The notes beneath the pieces were generated by a model. That model was not told where the DNA came from. It ran no database searches and saw only the letters and a list, made by a program, of their open reading frames with translations. The translations under genes and the position numbers were made by a program. This document shows positions 39,776 to 48,787 of a DNA stretch of 64,000 nt, one piece after another. The stretch comes from an uncultured Melioribacteraceae bacterium (lineage in GTDB: Bacteria > Bacteroidota > Ignavibacteria > Ignavibacteriales > Melioribacteraceae). Each line of letters begins with the position of its first letter. Position 1 is the first letter of the stretch. The DNA is taken from positions 47,990 to 111,989 of the forward strand of contig CAWGET010000010.1 of the NCBI GenBank assembly GCA_963821715.1. Reading direction: 5' to 3'.

Positions 39776-40636
39776 ATGAGAGCGATATGGAAAGGACATA
39801 TACGATTTTCACTTGTTACTATTCCGGTGCAAATATTCAGCGCAATAAATCCCGAAGAAACAATCCGCTTCAACCAGCTTCATAAAGAAGACAACGGAAG
39901 AATCGGGTATGATAAGCGGTGTAAAAAGTGCGACCAGGTTGTGAAACCTGCCGATATTATCAAAGGATACGAATATGAAAAAGATAAATACGTAATTATG
40001 GAAGATTCCGATTTCGACAATATTAAGTTGAAGAGCACAAAAGTTATTGAGATTGAAGGATTTGTAGATCTAAGCGAAGTAACTCCCGCTTATTACGATT
40101 CACCTTATTTTATTGCGCCAGACGGCGAAGTCGCGTCGAAGGCTTACGGTTTACTTCGAAAGACTTTGAAAGATTCCGGCAAAACGGCAATCGGAAGAGT
40201 TGTGCTGCGCGACCGGGAAAATGTTATAATGCTTGCGCCGAACGACAAATCGATAATGATGTATAAACTCCGTTATCCTGAAGAGATACGAAGCGAAACT
40301 ATGCTTCCGAATTTGAACGGAGAATCGATCGATAAAGATCAGCTTAAACTTGCCAAAACTCTCGTTGATTCTATGACTGTAAAATTTGACGAAATTAAAT
40401 TGGAAGACCGGTATAAAAACGCGGTGAAGGAGATCATTGAAGCAAAATTGAAAGGAAAGAAGATCGCGGTAACGGAAGATGAGCCGGCGCCGGTTGCAGA
40501 TATTATGAGCGCACTGAAACAGAGTTTGGAAAAAGCGAAATCGGAAAGAATGCCGATGGAAAAAGCAAAGGGAAAATCGAGGAAGACTGCCGCTTCATCC
40601 AAAAAGAAAGTTAGCAAACGCGCAAAATCCGGGTAA
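39776..40636 (+). CDS. ku: Ku protein (NHEJ)
   Basis: 286 aa. Canonical bacterial Ku N-terminus MRAIWKGHIRFSLVTIPV and a Lys-rich C-terminal tail. Confidence 0.95.
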   Translation: MRAIWKGHIRFSLVTIPVQIFSAINPEETIRFNQLHKEDNGRIGYDKRCKKCDQVVKPADIIKGYEYEKDKYVIMEDSDFDNIKLKSTKVIEIEGFVDLSEVTPAYYDSPYFIAPDGEVASKAYGLLRKTLKDSGKTAIGRVVLRDRENVIMLAPNDKSIMMYKLRYPEEIRSETMLPNLNGESIDKDQLKLAKTLVDSMTVKFDEIKLEDRYKNAVKEIIEAKLKGKKIAVTEDEPAPVADIMSALKQSLEKAKSERMPMEKAKGKSRKTAASSKKKVSKRAKSG

Positions 40637-40639
40637 CAA

Positions 40640-41239
40640 ATGGCTAAAATTTACCGGTTTCCCGAGAAAAAAATAAAGAAACTCGGCTATAAGAAAGTCC
40701 GGACCAAAAAAAAACTTGAACAGGAAAGATTAGGTCAGTTAAATCTATTCAACGGAAAAACTCCGGTTGTCAAAATTCCCACAAAATATACTCCTTTTGA
40801 AGAAGCGCTAATTTACGACGAGAAAGAGGATAAGAGAGCCGTTGAATTTTATTTGAAGGCTGTTGAAGAAAAAGATTTTCCGGCTGATTCCTACTGCAAC
40901 CTCGGAATAATAGAATCTAAAAACGAAAATATAGAAAAAGCTTTCAATTATTTTTCCCAAGCCCTTGTGATTGATGCGAGACATTTAGAAGCGCACTATA
41001 ACTTAGCGAACTTATATTTTGAAGAAGGCGATTTAAATTTAGCAAAACTCCATTATCAGTTGGCTCTGGAAATAGATCCCGAATTCCCGAATATTCACTT
41101 TAATCTTGGTCTGGTTTTTATGATGATTGAAGATTACGACAACGCAGTTGCGTCTTTAAGAAATTTCACATTGTTAGTTCCACCCGAAAAAAGAAAAAAA
41201 GCGGATAAACTAATTAAAGGATTGACGGGAAAGCGGTAA
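40640..41239 (+). CDS. TPR-repeat protein
   Basis: 199 aa with about 3 TPR units (AHYNLANLYFEEGDLNLAKLHYQLALEIDP...). Starts 3 nt after the ku stop. Confidence 0.8.
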   Translation: MAKIYRFPEKKIKKLGYKKVRTKKKLEQERLGQLNLFNGKTPVVKIPTKYTPFEEALIYDEKEDKRAVEFYLKAVEEKDFPADSYCNLGIIESKNENIEKAFNYFSQALVIDARHLEAHYNLANLYFEEGDLNLAKLHYQLALEIDPEFPNIHFNLGLVFMMIEDYDNAVASLRNFTLLVPPEKRKKADKLIKGLTGKR

Positions 41240-41357
41240 AATGAATGTTCTGCAATAAATTCTCAGCCTCTTGCCTTTTCGCTTCTCGCCTCTCGCCTTT
41301 TGCCAAATCAAAATATTTTTTGTAATCTTATTCTTCTTATCATCATAAAAAATTGAA

Positions 41358-42035
41358 ATGAAAAATAAACTTTATATCATATCGATTCCGATAGGCAACA
41401 AGGAAGATCTTTCATTCCGGGCTTTGGAAATTCTAAGGGATGCGGATTTTATAATCTGCGAAGAATTCAAACCCGCGCGTCGATTTCTCTCTTCATACAA
41501 AATTGAAAAAGAACTTTTTTCTCTAAATGAGCATAACGAAAAAGAATCTGCGCCGGAAATTGTGGAAAAAATTAAATCCGGAGAAAAAGCGGCGTTAATT
41601 TCCGACGCGGGAACTCCCCTCTTTTCGGATCCGGGACATTTTTTAGTAGAGCTATGCATTTCGGCCGGCGTTGAGATAGTTCCTGTTCCCGGAGCAAACT
41701 CACTGCTTCCGGCGTTGGTGGGAAGCGGAATGGATATTGAGAAATTTTATTATTACGGCTGGCTTTCTCCGAAAAAAGAGATCCGGCGGCAGGAATTGAA
41801 TCATCTAAAAAAGAAAAAAGATTTAATTGTTCTGATGGAAACTCCTTACCGGCTTCAAAAAATATTGGCGGACTGCTCAAATGCTTTCGGTGGGAAAACA
41901 AACGCAGTGCTTGCTTATAAGCTTACGATGCCGGAAGAAAAATTTTTCCGAGGCAATTTGGAGGCGATTACAAAGGAAGCGGGTAAAAAGAATTTGAAAG
42001 GAGAATTCGTTCTGTTAATTGATAACAGAAACTAA
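41358..42035 (+). CDS. rsmI: 16S rRNA (cytidine1402-2'-O)-methyltransferase
   Basis: 225 aa. Tetrapyrrole-methylase fold with ISDAGTPLFSDPG. Confidence 0.9.
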   Translation: MKNKLYIISIPIGNKEDLSFRALEILRDADFIICEEFKPARRFLSSYKIEKELFSLNEHNEKESAPEIVEKIKSGEKAALISDAGTPLFSDPGHFLVELCISAGVEIVPVPGANSLLPALVGSGMDIEKFYYYGWLSPKKEIRRQELNHLKKKKDLIVLMETPYRLQKILADCSNAFGGKTNAVLAYKLTMPEEKFFRGNLEAITKEAGKKNLKGEFVLLIDNRN

Positions 42036-42156
42036 AAAGACATTTTGACTGTTGAAGATATTATAAGTGGAATGATTTTTGTTTAACTATATGTATGGGA
42101 AGAACAAGAAAATTTTAAATAAAATAAGCAATAGAGTTTAACGGAGAATAAAAGCT

Positions 42157-42702
42157 ATGTTAGTTATACAGGATGTGGATTTAACGCCCAACCCACAGGC
42201 GCTTAAATTTATTGTGAACCAGAAACTTCTTAATTATGAAACAAGAAGTTTTCAAAATAAAGAAGAAGCGGAAAAAGATCCTTTGGCAAAGGGAATTTTT
42301 GCGATGAACGGAGTCGTTTCCGTTTTTTATATGGATAAATTTATTACGATTGAAAAAGCGCCCGATGCCGGATGGTCCGATATTCAGAAAGAATTGGTTG
42401 GATTTTTGGCGCGGTTCGATAAATCGACGATTCCTGCTGAAAAAGAAGCTCCGAATTTGAACAGCAAAGAAGAAACTGAATTGTTAACTCAGATAAATCA
42501 AATTTTGGATCAGCGCGTGCGACCCGCATTGGCGGGAGACGGCGGCGGACTTGAAGTGATTGGGCTGAACGGTTATCAACTGGCGATTAAATATCAGGGC
42601 GCGTGCGGAAGCTGCCCGAGTTCCATACGCGGAACTTTAGTAGCGATTGAAAATCTTCTGCAGCGGGAAGTTAATCCGTCTATCGAAGTTGTTTCTGCAT
42701 AA
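42157..42702 (+). CDS. Nfu/NifU-type Fe-S cluster assembly protein
   Basis: 181 aa. Nfu_N-like N-domain and a C-terminal NifU motif (GACGSCPSS). Confidence 0.85.
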   Translation: MLVIQDVDLTPNPQALKFIVNQKLLNYETRSFQNKEEAEKDPLAKGIFAMNGVVSVFYMDKFITIEKAPDAGWSDIQKELVGFLARFDKSTIPAEKEAPNLNSKEETELLTQINQILDQRVRPALAGDGGGLEVIGLNGYQLAIKYQGACGSCPSSIRGTLVAIENLLQREVNPSIEVVSA

Positions 42703-42740
42703 TTATTAACAATAATTACCGCATTTCCTAATTTTATTAA

Positions 42741-42766
42741 AGCCGGGGTTTCCCTGGCTTTTTTTT
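42741..42766 (+). terminator. rho-independent terminator after the Nfu gene
   Basis: agccgggg/ccctggct stem (one G-U pair) followed by a T8 run. Confidence 0.6.
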
Positions 42767-42890
42767 ATCAACAGTAAATTATAATTAAAGATTTCCGGAT
42801 TGTTGCATTTAAGTTTTTCAATTATTATTATAATACCTCATATCCTTTAATTTTATTTTAACTATTTATCTTAAATATATGGAGGTCCGT

Positions 42891-43151
42891 ATGCCCGATA
42901 AAAATAGTCTTCAGCAAATCCAAAATATTCTTGATTCCGGCCTTTCCCTGGAAGAGATGCAAAAAAAGATAGACGAAGTGCTCCCCGCGGGATGTAACCG
43001 CACCGTTGAAAAAGAAGATGGGTACAGCGAAGAATGTAATACAAAAACCGGTAATCCTTACAAATACCGCCATTGTGTTACCATCACCGACTGTCCTGAT
43101 CCCGGCCAGAATATGCCGAAGACTTGCGGCCAATGGAGATGTTCCGGTTAG
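42891..43151 (+). CDS. Cys-rich 86-aa protein (hypothetical)
   Basis: GGAGG lies 5 nt before the ATG at 42891. The product has a helical, acidic N-terminal third, then a 52-residue tail with 6 Cys (CNRTVEKEDGYSEECNTKTGNPYKYRHCVTITDCPDPGQNMPKTCGQWRCSG). No signal peptide. Confidence 0.5.
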   Translation: MPDKNSLQQIQNILDSGLSLEEMQKKIDEVLPAGCNRTVEKEDGYSEECNTKTGNPYKYRHCVTITDCPDPGQNMPKTCGQWRCSG

Positions 43152-43485
43152 ATATTCTCTTTAATAAATTTAATTCCCGTCCGATTATTCAATCTTTTGC
43201 CAAGTAAAATTTGGGGTAAGTTATTCCCTCTTTTAACGGCAGTTTGACCTGTTTAGACAGCGAAACATACATCAAGCACATTGCGCAGAATTGAAAATTT
43301 AAGCGGCTCTCCGCTAACGTAAAAGACCGCGGCTGCTATTCATACTCTTTATTCATTTTATTTATATTTTGATGTAAAGATAAATAATAATTTTAAACTT
43401 AAAATCTTAATTTTTAGAACTTTATATAGGACTTTGCGTCTTAATACTTTAACATTATAATGCTAAATAACCCGGGAAAGAATAT

Positions 43486-44463
43486 ATGAAAGCAGCGGTT
43501 TATACAAAATACGGTTCGCCGGATGTTCTTCAAATTAAAGAAGTAGAAAAACCGGCACCGAAAGAAAATGAAATATTGCTAAAAATGGAAGCAACAACAG
43601 TAACAGCTACGGAAACAACATTTCGAAAAGGTAAACCGTATTTTTCGAGATTATTTACAGGGCTGTTGAAACCAAAAATTACAATGCTCGGCGAAGAATT
43701 ATCCGGTGAAGTTGAAGATACCGGCGAAAACGTTAAAAAATTTAAAAAAGGTGATAAGATTTTCGGAACCGCGGGACCCGGTTTTGGAGCCAACGCCGAA
43801 TATATCTGCATTCCGGAAAAAGGTGTACTCGCTATAAAACCTGTCAATCTTTCATACGAAGAATCCGCCGCAAGCGTAGACGGTTTTTTAACTTCATTGC
43901 CTTTTCTTAGAGATAAAGGAAAAATTAAGAGCGGATACAAGGTACTAATAAACGGAGCTTCGGGAAGCGTTGGTTCGGCTGCCGTTCAGATTTCCAAATA
44001 CTACGAGGCTGAAGTTACCGCCGTTTGCAGCTCTTCGAATTTGGATCTGATGAAATCGCTCGGAGCCGATTATGCAATCGACTATACTAAAGAAGATTTT
44101 GCCGAAAACGGCAAGACTTATGATATTATTTTTGACACGGTGGGGAATCTGTCATTTTCGCGCTGCAAAAAATCTCTTACGGAAAAAGGAATCTTTCTTC
44201 AAGCCAGCATCGGACTCTCCATCATGCCGCATGTTTTATGGACGGCAATACTCGGAAATAAAAAGGCGAAAATTGCGGCTACTGGTTTAAGACCCGAAGA
44301 GGAAAGAACTAAAGACCTGATATTGCTTAAAAAATTGTTGGAGCAGGGAAAAATTGTACCGGTAATAGATAGAAGCTATGATTTAGAACAAATTGCCGAA
44401 GCTCACAGCTATGTGGATAAAGGACATAAAAAAGGGAATGTTGTAATACGGATTCATTCGTAA
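43486..44463 (+). CDS. MDR-superfamily NAD(P)-dependent oxidoreductase (quinone oxidoreductase/ADH-like)
   Basis: 325 aa. GroES-like N-domain and Rossmann motif INGASGSVGSAAVQ. Confidence 0.85.
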   Translation: MKAAVYTKYGSPDVLQIKEVEKPAPKENEILLKMEATTVTATETTFRKGKPYFSRLFTGLLKPKITMLGEELSGEVEDTGENVKKFKKGDKIFGTAGPGFGANAEYICIPEKGVLAIKPVNLSYEESAASVDGFLTSLPFLRDKGKIKSGYKVLINGASGSVGSAAVQISKYYEAEVTAVCSSSNLDLMKSLGADYAIDYTKEDFAENGKTYDIIFDTVGNLSFSRCKKSLTEKGIFLQASIGLSIMPHVLWTAILGNKKAKIAATGLRPEEERTKDLILLKKLLEQGKIVPVIDRSYDLEQIAEAHSYVDKGHKKGNVVIRIHS

Positions 44464-44474
44464 AAAAGGATGAG

Positions 44475-45188
44475 GTGAAATTGAATTCGCTCTATAAACT
44501 TTCTAAATATGCGGGAGCCGGATATTTAATAATTTTTGCAACCGGTATATTCTCTAACTTCTTCGTTCTCGAAAGTTTTACTGCTGCCGGCGACGCATCG
44601 CAAACCGCAAAAAATATAATTGAAAATGAAACTCTTTTCCGCGTCGGATTCCTCAGCTTTTTTATTATGGTTATCATCGATGCAGCCCTCGCGTGGGCTT
44701 TTTATATATTGCTGAAACCGGCAAATAAAAATATTTCCCTCCTTGCAGGATGGCTGCGCCTGATAAACGTAAGTATTTTCGGGATAGCTCTTTTATATCT
44801 GCTTAATGTTTTACAGCTTTTAAGCGGCGCGGATTATCTTAATTCTCTTGAGGCAAGTCAGCTTTACGCATTGGTTTTATTAAATCTCGAATCATTCAAT
44901 TCCGCCTGGCTGATTGGCTTAGTATTTTTCGGGCTTCATCTTTTAGTTCTTGGATATTTAATTCATAAATCCGGTTACATTCCAAAGTTTATCGGCGTAT
45001 TATTAATAATCGCCGCGGTCGGTTATCTTATTGACAGCTTCGCAAATTTCCTGCTTCCAAATTATGTTGAGTTTGAAAATATTTTCGCTCTCGTCGTTAT
45101 TATTCCGGGAATAATCGGCGAACTTTCATTTACTTTTTGGCTTTTGATAAAGGGAGTGAGAATTCAGGATTCATTTGATAGAATTTAA
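44475..45188 (+). CDS. DUF4386-like membrane protein
   Basis: 237 aa (GTG start). The AGYLIIFATGIFSNFFV...GDASQTAKNIIENETLFRVGF pattern is typical of DUF4386. Confidence 0.6.
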   Translation: MKLNSLYKLSKYAGAGYLIIFATGIFSNFFVLESFTAAGDASQTAKNIIENETLFRVGFLSFFIMVIIDAALAWAFYILLKPANKNISLLAGWLRLINVSIFGIALLYLLNVLQLLSGADYLNSLEASQLYALVLLNLESFNSAWLIGLVFFGLHLLVLGYLIHKSGYIPKFIGVLLIIAAVGYLIDSFANFLLPNYVEFENIFALVVIIPGIIGELSFTFWLLIKGVRIQDSFDRI

Positions 45189-45413
45189 TATTCTTGATTA
45201 TCAAAATAAAAAATCGGATTCTATTTTCCCGGAAGGTTCATTTATAAACCGCCCAGACTGTAAGCTTTCCAAGAATTTTTCATCCGCTCAGTTGAATTAT
45301 ACCTTTTAATTCACCTCTTTTTGTTTTATTATCAATTTATACCTGATGTCTAAATTTTGATTATTCATATTTCAGAAGAGATTTTTCAAATTAAAAGAAT
45401 TGGTAGAAATGAA

Positions 45414-46094
45414 ATGAGCGGCCATAAATCCGGGAAAGAAACCAACGCAGATATAATACACTTTATTGAAGTTCAGATGAAAAAGTATTTATCGGACAAA
45501 AAGAAAACAGCCTTTAAAGACAAAGATGAAGCTCAAAAAATAACAAGTAAAATTATTTATGTGTGGAATGAAACAATATCCGCGGAACACGGGAAATTAG
45601 ACAAATTAAGCGAGAGTGAAAAACGGGAATGGTTTGAATCCATTGAAATAGCATTTGCCGACCAACGAAGTAAATTTGAATACAGAGATACTATAACGGA
45701 TTTCGGAATATTCGAGAAAAACGAGAAAAATCTTAAACTGATATTTGACGAAATTTTCTATTTCCTGCCGAAAAATGCCGGAACTCTTATGCTTTTTGCA
45801 ACTCCTATTTTGGAATTGGAGGCTTTCCCGCCGGAAAGATTTAAGCAAATATTAAGCGGCAAAAAACCGGACGAAAATGAAAAAGAATTATTTCGGAAGG
45901 CTTATAAAATTGTGGAACTAGTGATGGCTTCATTTTTAGAAACAAATAATAAGAAGAGCGAAGAACTGATAGCCCGCGCAGTAATTTTAGCGGAAGAAAA
46001 GTTTCAACACCAACGCGCGATAAATATTATAGAAAAAATTTACAACGATATTTTAAGATCTTTAGGCGCCGGCGATGATTTTGACGAAATCTGA
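45414..46094 (+). CDS. hypothetical protein
   Basis: Long open frame with no family recognised. Start is either ATG 45414 (MSGHKSGK...) or TTG 45357. Followed by a terminator. Confidence 0.55.
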   Translation: MSGHKSGKETNADIIHFIEVQMKKYLSDKKKTAFKDKDEAQKITSKIIYVWNETISAEHGKLDKLSESEKREWFESIEIAFADQRSKFEYRDTITDFGIFEKNEKNLKLIFDEIFYFLPKNAGTLMLFATPILELEAFPPERFKQILSGKKPDENEKELFRKAYKIVELVMASFLETNNKKSEELIARAVILAEEKFQHQRAINIIEKIYNDILRSLGAGDDFDEI

Positions 46095-46137
46095 AGACGC
46101 AATTAAACGGAAATGGGTTCGTGCATTAAATTGAGAC

Positions 46138-46158
46138 GGGAAAAATTTCCCTTTTTTT
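46138..46158 (+). terminator. rho-independent terminator
   Basis: gggaaa..tttccc hairpin followed by a T7 run, 44 nt after the stop at 46094. Confidence 0.55.
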
Positions 46159-46459
46159 GTGGCAAAAATAAAAAATCTTAATTATTTTTATTTTCAGATT
46201 AGGAATCCAAACAGGTTCTCGTTGAAATTAAGACAAAGACATATCTTGTTTATACCGAATGTAGTTCCCTTCAAGAATTATAAATCAATAATATTATATA
46301 GATTCAATAAAATCCTAAATACACTTATATCCTTAAATACTTTATATGAAAAGAAAAGTTTTTATTAAGAAAAATTTTTCTTAAAAAAATCAATTTTGAT
46401 AAAGCTATTTGATGGGATAAGTAATGGGTATGTTTTCTAAATAAAATATAAAGACAAAA

Positions 46460-47299
46460 ATGAATTTTGGTAAAACGATTCAAATTTATTTACCTGATGG
46501 TAACCCAAGAAGTGTAAAAATTGCAGAAATAACAAGTAGAACTGTTCAAGCGATTCTTATACCTCGATCAAAAATGGAATTCATTTATGGGAGAGAAGAA
46601 TTGCAAAATGTTGGCATATATCTATTAATCGGCAATCCAGAAGAAGAAGCAAAAGCAAAGTTATATATTGGAGAAGCTGAGGATTGTAAACAAAGATTGA
46701 AGCAACAGAACTCAAAAGATTTTTGGAACTATGTAATTGTAATTATATCCAAAACTCGTTATTTCACAAAGACTCACATCAAATATCTTGAATCTCATGC
46801 TTACAATGAAGCAAAAAGAATTGGAAGATACTTCATTGAAAATAGCTCTATTCCTACTAAACCCTTTGTTTCTGAATCAATGGAATCTGATCTATTAGAT
46901 AATTTTGATACGATAAAAGTACTTGTATCAACTTTAGGCTATCCAATTTTTGATGAATTAAAAACAGCATCCAAAATAGAATTGCTTTATTGTCAAAGTA
47001 AAGATGCTAATGCTATTGGTGAATATACGGATGAAGGATTTTTAGTTTTGGAGAATTCGATTTGCAATTTAACGGAATCAAATTCAGCCGGAACTTGGTT
47101 AATAAATCTTCGAAAGAGATTATTGAATTCTGGTATTCTTGCGAAAGAGAATGAGACTTTGGTTTTTACATCTGATTATTTATTTGGATCGCCAAGTGCT
47201 GCCGCTGGTGCAGTGCTTGGTAGAAGATCAAATGGTTGGATAGACTGGAAGTATAAAAATGGTAAAACTTTAGATGAAGTAAAAAGGCAAAATAGCTAA
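46460..47299 (+). CDS. GIY-YIG nuclease-domain protein with C-terminal DUF4357-like domain
   Basis: 279 aa. GIY-YIG-like VGIYLLIG...KLYIGEAEDCKQRL...N. The C-terminus FGSPSAAAGAVLGRRSNGWIDWK matches the SPS/GW signature of DUF4357. Confidence 0.75.
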   Translation: MNFGKTIQIYLPDGNPRSVKIAEITSRTVQAILIPRSKMEFIYGREELQNVGIYLLIGNPEEEAKAKLYIGEAEDCKQRLKQQNSKDFWNYVIVIISKTRYFTKTHIKYLESHAYNEAKRIGRYFIENSSIPTKPFVSESMESDLLDNFDTIKVLVSTLGYPIFDELKTASKIELLYCQSKDANAIGEYTDEGFLVLENSICNLTESNSAGTWLINLRKRLLNSGILAKENETLVFTSDYLFGSPSAAAGAVLGRRSNGWIDWKYKNGKTLDEVKRQNS

Positions 47300-47443
47300 A
47301 AGAACACCTAACGAACCTATAAAAAGCGACCGTCGAAACGGTTTGGAGTAGGTTCAATTTGATCATACGCTATTAGTTAAGCATTGCTGTTCTGCGTTGG
47401 TTATTTTCACCGCCGTTATACAGTTTAAAATAGTGAGGGAAAA

Positions 47444-48004
47444 ATGACAAAGAGTAATTATCTATTAGTTGTAGTTTTAGTTTTATTTGTATCTACAAAT
47501 TTGTTTTCACAAGATGCATTGAAAAAGGGAAGCTATAGCTTATCCGGCTCCATTACTTTTTCTAATAGTACATCTGAATCGATCCACGATGAAACTGATC
47601 AAATAAGTTTTGCAATGAAACCAGGTTTTACTTACTTTTTTGTTGATAATATTTCTGCCGGATTAAGCGTTTCTTTAGGGTATTATGAATCTTCATGGAA
47701 ATATAACGGACACGAAATTATATTCATTTCCCGACCAATTTCTATAGGTCCGGTTATAAGGTATTATTTTTCCACCCCCAAATTCATTCCATTTTTGGAA
47801 CTAAGTTATAAATATTCAAATTCACTTACAGGGAATGAGGATATGAATAGTTATTCATTTGCCGGCGGGATTAACTATTTTCTCACAAAAAGCGTAGCAT
47901 TAGAACCTTATATCGAATATATGAAAAGAAATTATTTGGTGGCCGATCAAAAATATAGTGATTTTTCAGTGGGACTTAGAATCAATTATTTTATTATAGA
48001 ATAA
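47444..48004 (+). CDS. small outer-membrane beta-barrel protein
   Basis: 186 aa. Signal peptide, amphipathic strands, and a C-terminal INYFIIE. Confidence 0.6.
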   Translation: MTKSNYLLVVVLVLFVSTNLFSQDALKKGSYSLSGSITFSNSTSESIHDETDQISFAMKPGFTYFFVDNISAGLSVSLGYYESSWKYNGHEIIFISRPISIGPVIRYYFSTPKFIPFLELSYKYSNSLTGNEDMNSYSFAGGINYFLTKSVALEPYIEYMKRNYLVADQKYSDFSVGLRINYFIIE

Positions 48005-48080
48005 AATAAAAGTAAGGAATCTTTTTTGAATGTGGTATTCTTAATTATCACAAAATAAAACAAATATAAAATTTGTAGCT

Positions 48081-48091
48081 AACAAGCGGTT
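48081..48091 (+). repeat. copy of intergenic motif ACAAGCGGTT (upstream of mazE)
   Basis: aacaagcggttcctc. Compare 48741-54, 51404-13 and 62414-21. Confidence 0.35.
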
Positions 48092-48152
48092 CCTCATTGA
48101 AAAATTTGCTTTTGATATGTATCTTTATTGTATAAACAAATGAAAGGTTGTT

Positions 48153-48395
48153 ATGCGGATTAAAATTCAAAAATGGGGCAACAGTTTGGCTTTGCGAATT
48201 CCAAAAGCGTTTGCCTTTCAATCTAAAATTCGTGAAGATGAATATGTTAACCTTACTTTAGAAGAAAATAAAATAGTAATTGAAGCGGTTGAAGAAAAGA
48301 AATATACACTAAAAGAATTAGTCTCCGGAATAAAAAAATCAAATCTTCATAGTGAGACCGACACCGGGAAACAAGTTGGGAATGAGCGGTGGTAA
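48153..48395 (+). CDS. mazE: MazE/AbrB-family antitoxin
   Basis: 80 aa beginning MRIKIQKWGNSLALRIPKAFA, the SpoVT/AbrB swapped-hairpin signature. Confidence 0.85.
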   Translation: MRIKIQKWGNSLALRIPKAFAFQSKIREDEYVNLTLEENKIVIEAVEEKKYTLKELVSGIKKSNLHSETDTGKQVGNERW

Positions 48396-48730
48396 AAGTT
48401 AAAGCCCCCGATAAAGGAGATATAGTTTGGTTAAGTTTTAATCCTCAAGCCGGTCGCGAACAATACGGAAGAAGACCTGCTTTAGTTATCTCACCTAAAG
48501 AATATAATGAAAAAACTAATTTGGCAATTTTTTGTCCGATAACAAGTCAAGTAAAAGGTTATCCATTTGAAGTAAAGATTCCGGATAATTTAGAAATCGG
48601 CGGAGTGATACTATCAGACCAAATTAAGAGTTTGGATTGGAAGTCAAGAAAAGCGGAGTTCATTTGTAAGCTGCCAATGGATGCGCTGATAGATACTTTA
48701 AATAAAATGAATACTCTGCTAAATACATAA
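48389..48730 (+). CDS. mazF: MazF/PemK-family endoribonuclease toxin
   Basis: 113 aa with PDKGDIVWLSFNPQAGREQYGRRPALVISP and CPITSQVKGYPFEV. Overlaps mazE by 7 nt. Confidence 0.9.
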   Translation: MVKVKAPDKGDIVWLSFNPQAGREQYGRRPALVISPKEYNEKTNLAIFCPITSQVKGYPFEVKIPDNLEIGGVILSDQIKSLDWKSRKAEFICKLPMDALIDTLNKMNTLLNT

Positions 48731-48750
48731 AAGGCTATTTACAAGCGGTT
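48731..48750 (+). repeat. copy of the intergenic motif with the best match to the tRNA-Asp 3' junction
   Basis: aaggctATttacaagcgg here versus aaggct--ttacaagcgg at 62406-62421, identical apart from a 2-nt indel. Confidence 0.35.
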
Positions 48751-48787
48751 CTCCAATAATCCCGGACAATAAAAATTGAGAGAAAGT

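Noticed and set aside
41267-41304. CT-rich near-repeat cctcttgccttttcg / cctctcgccttttgc upstream of rsmI.
   Set aside because: It is short, imperfect (3 mismatches in 15) and low-complexity, with no partner elsewhere in the window.
46159-46368. 69-aa ORF in the very AT-rich spacer before the GIY-YIG gene.
   Set aside because: It has a GTG start, an Asn/Ile/Lys/Phe-dominated product, no SD and no family. It is most likely a chance ORF in AT-rich DNA.
46095-46460. Search for a left-hand direct repeat of the tRNA-Asp 3' end (attL) and for an integrase anywhere in 46-62.4 kb.
   Set aside because: Only short motif-level matches were found (see the motif finding). No repeat of 15 nt or more from the tRNA 3' end and no tyrosine or serine recombinase-like ORF or fragment was recognised, so mobility cannot be claimed.
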